This document shows, one piece after another, positions 13,701 through 24,891 of a stretch of DNA of 64,000 nucleotides. The DNA is from Phyllobates terribilis (lineage: Eukaryota): contig NW_027362773.1 in NCBI RefSeq assembly GCF_046119375.1, positions 162,130,001-162,194,000 on the forward strand, read 5' to 3'. Position 1 is the first letter of the stretch, and each line of letters begins with the position of its first letter. Below the pieces are notes generated by a model. That model had not been told where the DNA came from. It did not search any database and was given only the letters and a program-made list of their open reading frames with translations. The position numbers were made by a program, and so were the translations under genes.

Positions 13701-14490
13701 GTGCGCCGTCACCCGTGCGTGTATTATACGCGCGTGCCGTCTCCCGTGCGTGTATTATACGCGTGCGCCGTCACCTGTGCGTGTATTATACGCGTGTGCC
13801 GTCACCTGTGCGTGTATTATACGCGCGCGCCGTCACCCGTGCGTGTATTATACGCGTGCGCCGTCGCCCGTGTATTATACGCGCGCCGTCTCCTGTGCGT
13901 GTATTATACGCGCGTGCCGTCACCCGAGCGTGTATTATACGCGTGCGCCGTCGCCCGTGTATTATACGCGCGCGCCGTCTCCTGTGCGTGTATTATACGC
14001 GCGTGCCGTCACCCGTGCGTGTATTATACGCGTGCGCCGTCGCCCGTGTATTATACGCGCGCGCCGTCTCCTGTGCGTGTATTATACGCGCGTGCCGTCA
14101 CCCGTGCGTGTATTATACGCGTGCGCCGTCGCCCGTGTATTATACGCGCGCGCCGTCTCCTGTGCGTGTATTATACGCGCGTGCCGTCACCCGAGCGTGT
14201 ATTATACGCGTGCGCCGTCACCTGTGCGTGTATTATACGCGTGCGCCGTCACCCGTGCGTGTATTATACGCGCGCGCCGTCACCCGTGCGTGTATTATAC
14301 GCGTGCGCCGTCGCCCGTGTATTATACGCGTGTGCCGTCACCCGTGCGTGTATTATACGCGTGTGCCGTCACCCGAGCGTGTATTATACGCGTGCGCCGT
14401 CACCTGTGCGTGTATTATACGCGTGCGCCGTCACCCGTGCGTGTATTATACGCGTGTGCCGTCACCCGTGCGTGTATTATACGCGCGTGC
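10800..14490. repeat. CpG-rich ~27-31-bp satellite (ccgtcRcctgtgYgtgtattatacgcgYgYg), ~125 copies
   Basis: Period is 31 bp at the start (10806 to 10837); the unit is mostly alternating purine/pyrimidine. It produces the 1100-1270 aa pseudo-ORFs. Confidence 0.96.
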
Positions 14491-14984
14491 AGATCTGCAG
14501 ACCGTCCGTCCGTCCAGCTGTGATTTCTCAGTTTCCTCCTTATTCTGGGGATATTCTGTGCCACCCGTTCCTCATCCATCTCATACAAATATCTGACCCC
14601 ACAATTACCAGCTGACTGCAGGGTCCGGTGACATAGGGGGCTGAGGACATGACCTGGCCCCCGACCGCTGCCCCCAGTATTAGTGAGGGTGGTCTGCTGT
14701 CGGCTGCTGTACCGCTAGAGTGCTTTCCTACCTTCCTTCCGGGAGATACGATATTATAAGCTCAGACAATCCATCATTCTACTTAGATTTTGACCTGGGA
14801 GAAACTTATTCTGCTCATTGTGACTTATTTCCACATTTTTACTCCCTGGGCTCTTCAGTGTAAATTCAATGATTTGGACACTTGTGGAGGATAAATATTT
14901 TGCAAAAGGGTTAAAAAATGTGGAACATTTGTCTTCTGCATCCTCTATGTATAATGGTTAATCAGCATCTCTCAGGGAGCGCAA

Positions 14985-16495
14985 TCTCTGGCCTGTAACC
15001 CTGATCTCTCTTCTCCTTCCTCTATGCATCACTGTACATAGCAGACTGCAGAATGGGTTACCAGTGATCAGTCAGTGAGCTCTGTAACCCTGATATCTCT
15101 TCTCCTTCCTCTATGCATCACTGTACATAGCAGACTGCAGAATGGGTTACCAGTGATCAGTCAGTGAGCTCTGTAACCCTGATCTCTCTTCTCCTTCCTC
15201 TATGCATCACTGTACATAGCAGACTGCAGAATGGGTTACCAGTGATCAGTCAGTGAGCTCTGTAACCCTGATATCTCTTCTCCATCCTCTATGCATCACT
15301 GTACATAGCAGACTGCAGAATGGGTTTCTAGTGATCAGTCAGTGAGCTCTGTAATCCTTATCTATCTTCTCCTTCCTCTATGCATCACTGTACATAGCAG
15401 ACTGTAGAATGGGTTACCAGTGATCAGTCAGTGAGCTCTGTAACCCTGATCTCTCTTCTCCTTCCTCTATGCATCACTGTACATAGACTGCAGAATGGGT
15501 TACCAGTGATCAGTCAGTGAGCTCTGTAATCCTTATCTATCTTCTCCTTCCTCTATGCATCACTGTACATAGCAGACTGTAGAATGGGTTACCAGTGATC
15601 AGTCAGTGAGCTCTGTAACCCTGATCTCTCTTCTCCTTCCTCTATGCATCACTGTACATAGACTGCAGAATGGGTTACCAGTGATCAGTCAGTGAGCTCT
15701 GTAATCCTTATCTATCTTCTCCTTCCTCTATGCATCACTGTACATAGCAGACTGTAGAATGGGTTACCAGTGATCAGTCAGTGAGCTCTGTAATCCTTAA
15801 CTCTCTTCTCCATCTTCTATGCATAACTGTACATAGCAGACTGCAAAATGGGTTACCAATGATCAGTCAGTGAGCTCTGTAATCATTATCTCTCTTCTCC
15901 TTCCTCTATGCATCACTGTACATAGCAGACTGTAGAATGGGTTACCAGTGATCAGTCAGTGAGCCCTGTAATCCTTATCTCTCTTCTCCTTCCTCTATGC
16001 ATAACTGTACATAGCAGACTGCAAAATGGGTTACCAATGATCAGTCAGTGAGCTCTGTAATCATTATCTCTCTTCTCCTTCCTCTATGCATCACTGTACA
16101 TAGCAGACTGTAGAATGGGTTACCAGTGATCAGTCAGTGAGCCCTGTAATCCTTATCTCTCTTCTCCTTCCTCTATGCATAACTGTACATAGCAGACTGC
16201 AAAATGGGTTACCAATGATCAGTCAGTGAGCTCTGTAATCCTTATCTCTCTTCTCCTTCCTCTATGCATCACTGTACATAGCAGACTGTAGAATGGGTTA
16301 CCAGTGATCAGTCAGTGAGCCCTGTAATCCTTATCTCTCTTCTCCTTCCTCTATGCATAACTGTACATAGCAGACTGCAGAATGGGTTACCAGTGATCAG
16401 TCAGTGAGCTCTGTAATCCTTATCTCTCTTCTCCTTCCTCTATTTATCACTGCACATAGCAGAATGAGTTAGCAATGATTTGTCAGTGAGCTCGT
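14985..16495. repeat. ~89-bp tandem repeat, ~17 copies
   Basis: Unit ctctgtaaccctgatctctcttctccttcctctatgcatcactgtacatagcagactgcagaatgggttaccagtgatcagtcagtgag (period 15081 to 15170). Confidence 0.95.
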
Positions 16496-16849
16496 TCTTT
16501 GCTCTGTAGTCCTCATCTCTTCTCCTGATTTATCTTCTAACTTTCATATTGTCATAAATCAGCTTAGAAGAAGGTTCAGGAGAGATACAAGACCATAAAA
16601 AAGAAGAAAAAAAGAAAGACTTGGCACTAGCTCGAATCCCTTTGAGTTCTATGATCCATTAGGTTCTCTGTGACGAGGTAACAGGAAAGGGGAAACCTGC
16701 GAAACACGTGCAGGTGACTGACGTTTCGCACTCACTAATGCTTCTTCAGCCCTGAGTAGCCGAAGAGAATATAAGGGCTACAGACACTCCGCAGTCTGTC
16801 ATGTACTAATATACATAGAGGCTGGAGTTCTTCCATTGGGAGTTTTGTC

Positions 16850-19178
16850 ATGACAGGTCACACCCCCCGCAGAAACCTTGCACATCTAGACACTCACACA
16901 CTCTGACTCTGTTCTACCACTGACATCCATATCCTCACTCCATGACACAGACAGCGCCACTGCTTTCTACAATGCCACTCTCGCATCAGCTATTGACTCG
17001 GTCGCCCCTCTTGTGCATGGCAGAGCGTGACGAGTCAACAGGCAACCCTGGCATAACACCCTCACTAAACAGCTTCGACAAGCGTCCAGGGTTGCGGAGC
17101 GGTGTTGGAAGAAAACACATACTCAAGAAGACTTCACTGCATTCAAACAAGCAACGCTCACATTCAAATCAGCCCTCACCTCTGCTAAACAGGCCTACTT
17201 CATAACCCTCATATCTTCCCTATCCTACAACCCCAAACAGTTATTCAACACTTATAACTCTCTCCTCCGCCCTCCACTGCCCCCTTCGACCTCCATCATC
17301 TCTGCTGAGGAGTTTGCCACACACTTCATAAACAAGATTGACCAAACACGGCAAGTCTTTACTGCCCAACCACCACAACCCCTTTGTTTTCCACAACATT
17401 TCCCTACCCCCATAACCTCCCTTCCCAACATCATGGAAAGAGACCTTACTCGTCTCCTCTCCAAATCACACCTCACCACATGTGCACTCGACACCATCCC
17501 ATCCCACCTCCTCCCCATCCTCACCCCCACACTTATCCCATCCCTAACCCATCTCTTCAACCTATCACTATCTTCTGGTACTTTCCCCGCTGCCTTCAAA
17601 CATGCCACAATCACGCCCATCCTCAAAAAGCCATCCCTCGACCCAACCGCCTTGTCCAGCTATCGCCCCATATCGCTGCTCCCATTTGCCTCCAAACTCC
17701 TTGAGCAACACGTTCACGCTGAACTTTCCTCCCACTTTTCATCTAACTCTCTCTTCGACAACCGACAATCCGGCTTCCACCGAAACTGCCCTTAGCAAAA
17801 TCACCAATGACTTACTTACAGCCAAAGCTAACAGACAATTCTCTGTACTCCTCCTTCTTGACCTGTCCTCTGCTTTCGATACTGTTGACCATTGCCTCCT
17901 ACTACAGATCCTCTGTTCCTTTGGTGTCAAAGACCTTGCCCTATCCTGGATCTCCTCATACCTTTCTAACCGCACGTTTAGCGTCTCCCACTCCCACACT
18001 ACCTCCTCGCCCCCTCTCTGTTGGAGTCCTTCAAGGCTCTGTCCTAGGACCCCTACTCTTCTCAATCTATACCCTTGGCCTGGGACAGCTCATAAAATCC
18101 CATGGCTTCCAGTACCATCTGTACGCTGATGACACCCAGATCTACCTCTCTGGCCCAGACTTCACCTCTCTGCTGTCCAGAATCCCAGCATGTCTAGCAG
18201 CCATATCCGCCTTCTTCTCCTCCCACTACCTCAAGCTCAATGTGGACAAAACTGAACTCATTATCTTTCCCCCATCTTGCATATCTTCCCCACCTGATCT
18301 TTCTATCACAATAAATGACATTACTCTTTCCCCTGTACCGTCAATCCCCTGCCTCGGAGTAACCCTTGACTCTGCCCTGTCCTTCAAACCACACATCCAA
18401 GCTCTCGCCACCTCCTGTCTCCTCCAGCTCAAAAATATTTCCAGAATCCGTCCTTTCCTCAACCCCCAATCTACTAAACTGCTTGTGCATGCCCTCATCA
18501 TCTCCCGCCTCGACTACTGCAACATCCTCCTCTGTGGCCTCCCTGCTAACACTCTCGCACCCCTCCAGTTCATCCTCAACTCTGCTGCGTGACTGGTCCA
18601 TCTCTCTCCTCGCTACTCCTCCGCTACCCCCCTTTGCAAATCCCTTCACTGGCTCCCATTCCCCCAGCGTATCCAGTTCAAACTACTAACACTGACCTAC
18701 AAAGCCGTCCATAACCTCTCTCCTCCGTACATCTCTGAACTAATCTCCCGATATATTCCCTCACGTAACCTCCGGTCCTCCCAAGACCTCCTTCTCTCCT
18801 CCACACTTATCCGTTCCTCACGCAATCGCCTCCAAGATTTCTCCCGAATATCCCCCGTCCTCTGGAATTCTGTGCCCCAACACGTCCGATTATCCACCAC
18901 ATCCGGATCCTTCAGACGGAACCTGAAAGCCCATCTCTTCAAGAAAGCCTACAGCCGGCCATGACCCCGTTGCCTCCTCAACAACACCGGAGCTGCTGCA
19001 GCCCCCCAACCTACTCTCTCCTTGCCCATCATCCTGGAGAATGTAAGCCCCCAAGGGCAGGGTCCTCTTCCCTCTGTACCAGTCTATCATTGTTAGTTTG
19101 TTTACTGTAAGTGGTATGTAACCCCTCCTTATGTACAGCGCCATGGAATCAATGGCGCTATATAAATTAATAATAATA
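16850..19178 (+). mobile_element. 5'-truncated, frameshifted L2/CR1-group LINE (reverse transcriptase region plus 3' tail)
   Basis: Split ORFs contain [46 protein letters not shown] (18122-18133) and LGVTLDS. The 3' end has the stem-loop AGCGCCAT-ggaatca-ATGGCGCT (19137-19159) and a (TAA)n tail. Confidence 0.92.
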
Positions 19179-20076
19179 TGGAGCCGTCACCCCGCTTCCA
19201 TCGCCTCCTAAGTGGCGGCACCGTTCTGATCCTACACGAGTCGCCGGTGAAGCTGGAACACAAGCGATCCCAACCCAGGAGGGGTCAGGGTGGTCTCAGG
19301 TCAGGGGGCTACTGATACTAACCAATCAGAAAACCAGTGGATATTACACTGGTGGTACCGGGTCCGATTTTTTTTTAGCCGCTGGGACAACATCTGGTTT
19401 TCACGGGATCGATAATAAACGCTAATTAGGATTTCATACATCCAAGGACCAGGTACGGGCTGGACCGCCAGTGCCCCTTAGGACAGCCAGACGTCTGACC
19501 CCACCATGACGTTTCTTCCCGAGGGTTGATGCCTTTAGATTACTAGAAGCAAAGGGTTAATTGGCAGCTGTTGTATGACCCAACCCAGAGCCGTAAGGAA
19601 ACGTTCACACCCTGATGGAAATTTTCTGCAGCCAAAATAGTCAGTAGCCGCGGCCCGTACAAAAAAAATTGTGCAGGTTTTTTGGTGCAGATTTCATTGA
19701 ATTCTAAAGGCTCAAAACGTTCCCGAAATCCGCAGCGGAGGTTTGATGGGTAGAAATGGCGCTGCCGCTCGACCACGCGGAGGATCTCTCAGGCAGCGTG
19801 CCGCTGGGATCTGGTGAAACCTCATCTATAATGATAACACTAAGGCCATGTTCACAAAAATGGTGGTCTCCAATTATTATTATAACCTATAAAGTATAGT
19901 GAACTGGAGCAGGTCTGTACAGGATCCATCCACAGATGGAGTGAGGTCCTACACACCGCCATCAAAGCGGATCACACTGGATCCCTGCCGCTCTGAGGGC
20001 TATCAACCCGTTTCCATTATAATCAATGGCTGATCAAGAAGCTTCCAGGCGGCTTGGACCTCACAACAATACGTCA

Positions 20077-20300
20077 CCAGAGACTGAGGCGAAACAAAGG
20101 GAACCTGTCACCAGAGACTGAGGCGAAACAAAGGGAATCGGTTACCAGAGACTGAGCCGAAACAAAAGGAATCTGCCACCAGAGACTGAGTCGAAACAAA
20201 AGGAATCTGTCACCAGAGACTGAGCCGAAACAAAGGGAATCGGTCACCAGAGACTGAGCCGAAACAAAGGGAATCGGTCACCAGAGACTGAGCCGAAACA
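20077..20300. repeat. 34-bp tandem repeat, ~6.5 copies
   Basis: ccagagactgagccgaaacaaagggaatcggtca at 20077, 20111, 20145 ... 20281. Confidence 0.9.
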
Positions 20301-20348
20301 ACAATAAGGCCATGGCCTACTGACCGAATACTGATAGTGGGGCCGTGG

Positions 20349-20830
20349 CCTTAAAGGGAATGTGTCATCAGAAAATGACCTGTTTACATAAAGGTTTTGT
20401 AATAGATTTTTTTTTTTTACTAATAATCCTGAAAAAAAAAGTAAAATGAATAATCAGACAATTTTCACACTGATCACTGTGACTTTTTAGATTAATATGC
20501 CACGTCCTTTCAGGAAGAGTTGTCAGCAGTTTCATTATCATCATAAGGTTTACAATGACTGATATCACCTCTATATACAGTAGCTAACACAGGATCCACC
20601 ATTCACAATAGGTGATGTCACAGCTCACCTCCTCCTGTACAATGACTGATAACACCTCTATATACAGTAGATAAGACAGGATCCACCTTTCACAATAGAG
20701 GATGTCACAGCTCACCTCCTCCCCCTCCTCTACAATGACTGATAACATCTCTATATACAACTGATAATCTATTGTGAATGGCGGATACCGTGTTATGTCA
20801 CAGCTCACCTCCTCCTCCTCCTGTACAGTG
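20349..20830. mobile_element. TTAA-AGGG-terminated (T2/Kolobok-type) MITE with internal short direct repeats
   Basis: Starts ttaaagggaatgtgtcatcag; contains three copies of gatgtcacagctcacctcctcc / cacctctatatacag. Confidence 0.55.
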
Positions 20831-21569
20831 ACCTTTGCACACGTTCATTAGATGCTTCAGTAAAAATACACAGAGCCTGTTTGTTCATTGCAGCTCATGT
20901 ACATGTGGATTTCTTAAAAACAGTAAAAATTCTAAGATTTCTACTTCAGCTTTTTAATTTGGATTGTGATATTTAAAAAAAAAAAAAGTAAATTTAAACA
21001 GAAAATCCGGATTTAAACAATCGTTCATTTTCTGACGCCATTTCCCATCATTGTCAGATCGGCATAAATGGCTGCTGCTAATGAGGAGACGTCACAGTTA
21101 CATCGGTATTTACAGAGGACTCAGGGGCCGGGACCCCAACGATTGCAGAAGTGATCAGCTGAGGGTGTGGTGGGCTTCGCTCTCCTACGGAAAGTCCACA
21201 CCCGCTAACCCTGAGCGCCCGAGCGGAGGGGCGCAGCGCCAGCCCAATGTTTCTGCCATCTCTTATTTTAACATCCCGACGTCCCCATTAACAGGAGCTT
21301 ATGATGCGTCACCTCAATCAATACTTAGGACTTTGGGTGGGACTTGTTTGTCCGATCTTGTCGGGATCTTCGGCCTCCAAACACAAGCAGCTAAGCAGAG
21401 ATTCAGCAGAGGCAAGAAGACGGCAGAGGACACGGGCAGGTTCACTAAAGCCACCGTTTTAGGCTGGTGGTCCCACCCTGTTTTACTAGGACCAGATTTT
21501 AATATAATTTTTCAGATCCAAAAGCAACAAATGACGTCTCCGGCTTTCCCCGAGTCGTCAGACAAAGCC

Positions 21570-22430
21570 TCATGCCAGTAAAAACTGCAGATTGGTAAGC
21601 AGAAAGCGAATGCCGCTGGTGACGGTCACCACGGAGGTGGCGGGGTTTAGCTTGAAGGTGTTGGCGTCCCCTTTCTTGTATTGATCCCGGAAGACATAAA
21701 TGCAGCCGTTGCAGCTGGCGATTTTCCAGAGCGCTGGTCGTGAGCTCCAGACCTCGGGCAGGCAGAGCCTGGTGAAGCTGTCCAGCAGCGGGTTATAGCA
21801 CACCAGCGAGTCTCCCTCCGCCACGATGAACACCAGGTCCTTGTGGACGGCCGCGTGCATTCGGCCGGCAAACGGCAGCAGGTAGGGTTTGACGTGGCAC
21901 TTCTCCGTGGTAGTGTCGAAACACTGGATGAGGCGAGAGGGTTTGGTGAAGAAGTCCAGGTCGTTCTCCTCGCCTCCCATTAGGTAGATCAGACCGTTCA
22001 GGTTCACCCCCGCCGCCCCGGAGATGGAGACCTCCAGCTGACTAGTCTCTGTCCAGACATTGTCCGCTACTCGATAGTAAATGACCACATTAGAGAGCGA
22101 GTCCTGCAGGGTCTTACCCCCCAGGGAGTAGATGGCATCCTTGCCGGGCACGGACACCAGCGTATGCTGCAGACGGTCCCGGGGAAGCGGTGCGCATCGC
22201 TCCCAGTCCATGGTCTCCATATTACATTTCCACATTCGACGAGGGATGGACCCTCCTACCACGTAGAGATCGGGGCCATGTTTGCAGGCGGCGGTGATCT
22301 GGTGGCACAGACTGTTCTGTCCGCTGACACTTATGGAGTCGTCCTGCGCACAATGGAGCGAGACGGCAATGGAGTGCGTGCGAGATTCCTCCTTCCCGAT
22401 CAGGTAGATGTGCACGTTTTCCCCGATTTC
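21570..22430 (-). CDS. KBTBD4: KBTBD4 last coding exon (kelch repeats)
   Basis: tctttaag|EIGENVHIYLIGKEESRTHSIAVSLHC...YVVGGSIPRRMWKCN...LTNLQFLLA*; 861 nt, phase 0. Confidence 0.96.
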   Translation of the reverse strand, partial: EIGENVHIYLIGKEESRTHSIAVSLHCAQDDSISVSGQNSLCHQITAACKHGPDLYVVGGSIPRRMWKCNMETMDWERCAPLPRDRLQHTLVSVPGKDAIYSLGGKTLQDSLSNVVIYYRVADNVWTETSQLEVSISGAAGVNLNGLIYLMGGEENDLDFFTKPSRLIQCFDTTTEKCHVKPYLLPFAGRMHAAVHKDLVFIVAEGDSLVCYNPLLDSFTRLCLPEVWSSRPALWKIASCNGCIYVFRDQYKKGDANTFKLNPATSVVTVTSGIRFLLTNLQFLLA

Positions 22431-22727
22431 CTTAAAGACATAATACACATGGAAACACTTGAAGGGTCATTAAAAGGGATTTACTCCAAAAAAGCAACAA
22501 GGTCCTAGCTCTTATAAGTCAGAGGATCTACAGAAAGGAGCGCCGTCCCAGAAGGAAAGAAACCTTGCAAGATTGCAAGAGCCACATATTGGATGTGAAA
22601 ATTGCCTTTTCCGAGAGGATCTGAACTCTAATGCCACTTATTGAATGAAGCGAGCCTAAAAGTCAATATCGACTCTTTAACGAGCCTCGTCACATGACTT
22701 TGGTTTTTATCCTAACCAGAATCTCTG

Positions 22728-22771
22728 TTTGAAGACTCGTGTTTCAGGGCTTTGCCCCTCCTCAGTGCAAA
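22728..22771 (-). ncRNA. Type I hammerhead ribozyme motif
   Basis: Minus strand reads tttgca-CTGAGGA-ggggc(aaa)gccct-GAAAC-acga-GTC-ttcaaa. The CUGANGA and GAAA cores, stem II (5 bp), a minimal stem III and a GUC cleavage triplet are present; stem I pairs at 5 of 6 positions. Confidence 0.75.
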
Positions 22772-23531
22772 GCAAGAGACCCGATTCGGCTGTATGAGAA
22801 GCCTCTGACTGGGGTCTAAGGGGTAATGTCTCTCCTTGGAGAGTGGTAAACTGGCGATGGTGTCAAATAAACTGTGGGTTATCATAGATAGGTGTCAGAA
22901 CATGCAGAGCATCACAGGTACTATAGAAAATTAGTCAACGCGCAGAACATCACAACTATGTTATTAAGGAGTCACAACAAGCACAGCATTGCAGCTAATA
23001 CAGAAAGGAGTAACAACACGCAGAGCATAAAGTTTTGATTATTTGGATGTGACATGTACCACCTACTAGAGAGGAGCCAATCGATTTGCAGGACCTTGAT
23101 CCAGCGGCCATGCCAGTGTTTCATGGACGCCAGACGGGAGCCCTGTGAATCGCCTCCTACCTCCCGGCATTCCCCAGTCCAGCCTGGCGCTACATCAAGC
23201 CACCACGATGACGTTGTGCCGCGCCTACAAATCCGAAGGGAAGCCGGGCATGCCGGCAGGAGGAAGTGGCTCACAGCGCTCACTTACGATGGCCACGGAT
23301 GACTAACATGGCCACTGGACTAGGGTCCTGCACCTCAACTCGCTCATCTGTACCAGCCTCCTCACCTTGTACGGTGCAACCTCTACGGCAGAGGTATTAT
23401 ACTGGCGGTGATTCTTTCAGCAGGATAATGGTCGGTTAAGAACGTGACAAGGAGATGAAGGTTATGACTTTATAACCCTTTAAAAAATAATTACCACAAA
23501 ATGCTCAGAACACGAAGATGTTTAACAAGTT

Positions 23532-23537
23532 TTTATT
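23532..23537 (-). terminator. Candidate polyA signal of the nested P2X7-C-terminal-like gene
   Basis: TTTATT on plus (AATAAA on minus), ~230 nt past the stop at 23766, in an AT-rich UTR-like stretch. Confidence 0.45.
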
Positions 23538-23765
23538 TAAAACTTTTAGTGAAAAATTACAACAAACTTCATCTAAAACAGCAAATGTACAACTCAATCA
23601 AATGAAAGCTTTGCTCCTTATACAGTGCGATAACTTTTACATTTTTTAAAACTTTTTACAAACTTTTTATACAAAACAAAACTTGGAAAAATTAGAACTT
23701 TTTTTTTCCCCATATGAAATATAAAACCGTATAACTGTGATACGCGAGATTACTTGGAGCATCAC

Positions 23766-23961
23766 TTAGAAATTCATGTCGGCCAGCGGACCTGACGCGT
23801 ACTCGGAATACCATTTGAAGGCGGTATAACCTCCGTCAGGGCTCAGGAACGTCTGCTGAATTTTACTGACTACACATGAAGGCACTGATAATCCGCGTCC
23901 CTACCCAAGAAATCCGTAGATCACGTTAGTGAATTTGCGATAGGCTGCCTCTCGAAGGTGC
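23766..23961 (-). pseudogene. Nested P2X7 C-terminal (ballast)/nanor-like pseudogene, terminal exon
   Basis: ttttctccag|(R)HLREAAYRKFTNVIYGFLG*GRGLSVPSCVVSKIQQTFLSPDGGYTAFKWYSEYASGPLADMNF*; resembles the LR..AYR...PSCV...F...DG.Y..F motif of the P2X7 C-terminus. In-frame TAG at 23901-23903. Confidence 0.85.
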
Positions 23962-24273
23962 CTGGAGAAAAGAAAAAAAAAACAAAACGATATAAGCGGG
24001 TTCATAATTCTGCTCTGGGTATGAGCAATAATTGCATCAGGTGGATCAGCAACCTGCAGCACTCCAGCTGTTGCAAAACTACAACTCCCAGTATCCTCGG
24101 GCAGCCGCAGACTTCTGCCTCATCATTTCAATCTGTTAGTCTTAACAGATTTACCCGTTCTTTTTGCACGGATTACTTTATATTGACGGAACAGCAATAT
24201 CACATTATGGGATGATTTGCTGTGGAAACGTCATAAAAATAAAACATGCAAAAAAAAAAAGAAGTAAATTTAC

Positions 24274-24615
24274 CTATTTTCTTTTTCTGCAAACTTTGAC
24301 GCTGTCAATTTGGTGGAAAACTGAAGCAGCTGAACGAGAAACTCTCTGGACAGCATGAAGCTGGCAAAGTCCAAGTGTCGCGTAACACAAGACTCGTTTT
24401 CTAGGAATCTCTTCATGGCGGGAACTTTCCGCTACGTGAGGCATGATGCTACGACGCCCGCATCGACACCAGTTTGTGTTCTGCAGCCTTCCTCCAGGAT
24501 CGGGCGTCGGGATCGGCCGTTCCTCGCCCGGTGCCCATTGTGGATCGTTCTAGACGCTCCATGGGTTACGGCGGTTTTCTTTCTCTGCACGTTCCTGGAG
24601 TCGAGCTTGGAATTT
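24274..24615 (-). pseudogene. Nested P2X7-C-terminal-like pseudogene, Cys-rich exon
   Basis: cttattag|KFQARLQERAEKENRRNPWSV*NDPQWAPGEE...RLQNTNWCRCGRRSIMPHVAES, then a frameshift to VPAMKRFLENESCVTRHLDF...AEKEN(R)|gtaaat. The phase-2 junction joins the terminal exon in frame. Confidence 0.8.
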
Positions 24616-24706
24616 CTAATAAGAAAAATGGAAAAATTGTGTTTTTTTTTTTTAAATAAAAGTATAAAATATTATAAATAAATGAAATAATTAAGTGAAG
24701 CCTCAC

Positions 24707-24784
24707 AGGGTCAGCTTCTCTGTCGGCGCGGATCCTGGCCGCATTCTCGTCTTCAGGTGGCTCTTCATATTCCTCTGACCTTTC
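24707..24784 (-). pseudogene. Nested pseudogene, acidic exon B
   Basis: gatatcag|ERSEEYEEPPEDENAARIRADREADP|gtgagg; 78 nt, phase 0-0. Confidence 0.7.
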
Positions 24785-24891
24785 CTGATATCACACAACA
24801 TAAAAAACAAAAAAAGACAAAAAACAAAACCAAGATAAAACATAAAATGCCTTTATAAACACAAGCAAACAAAAAATACAAAAACACCTAC

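Noticed and set aside
10746-14615. 1100-1270 aa ORFs
   Set aside because: Satellite artefact; all three plus frames are open.
14985-16495. CRISPR-like appearance of this and the other regular arrays
   Set aside because: Units are head-to-tail with no unique spacers, there are no cas genes, and the context is a vertebrate intron-exon locus.
20077-20300. ctgag...cgaaac as tandem hammerheads
   Set aside because: No CUGANGA core and no stem II; the unit resembles a slipped MITE terminus (aaagggaacctgtca).
22972-23400. Possible Kolobok transposase tail next to the nested gene
   Set aside because: Only a vague QTGAL-ES resemblance; no convincing DDE, THAP or H2CH motif in the frames I checked.
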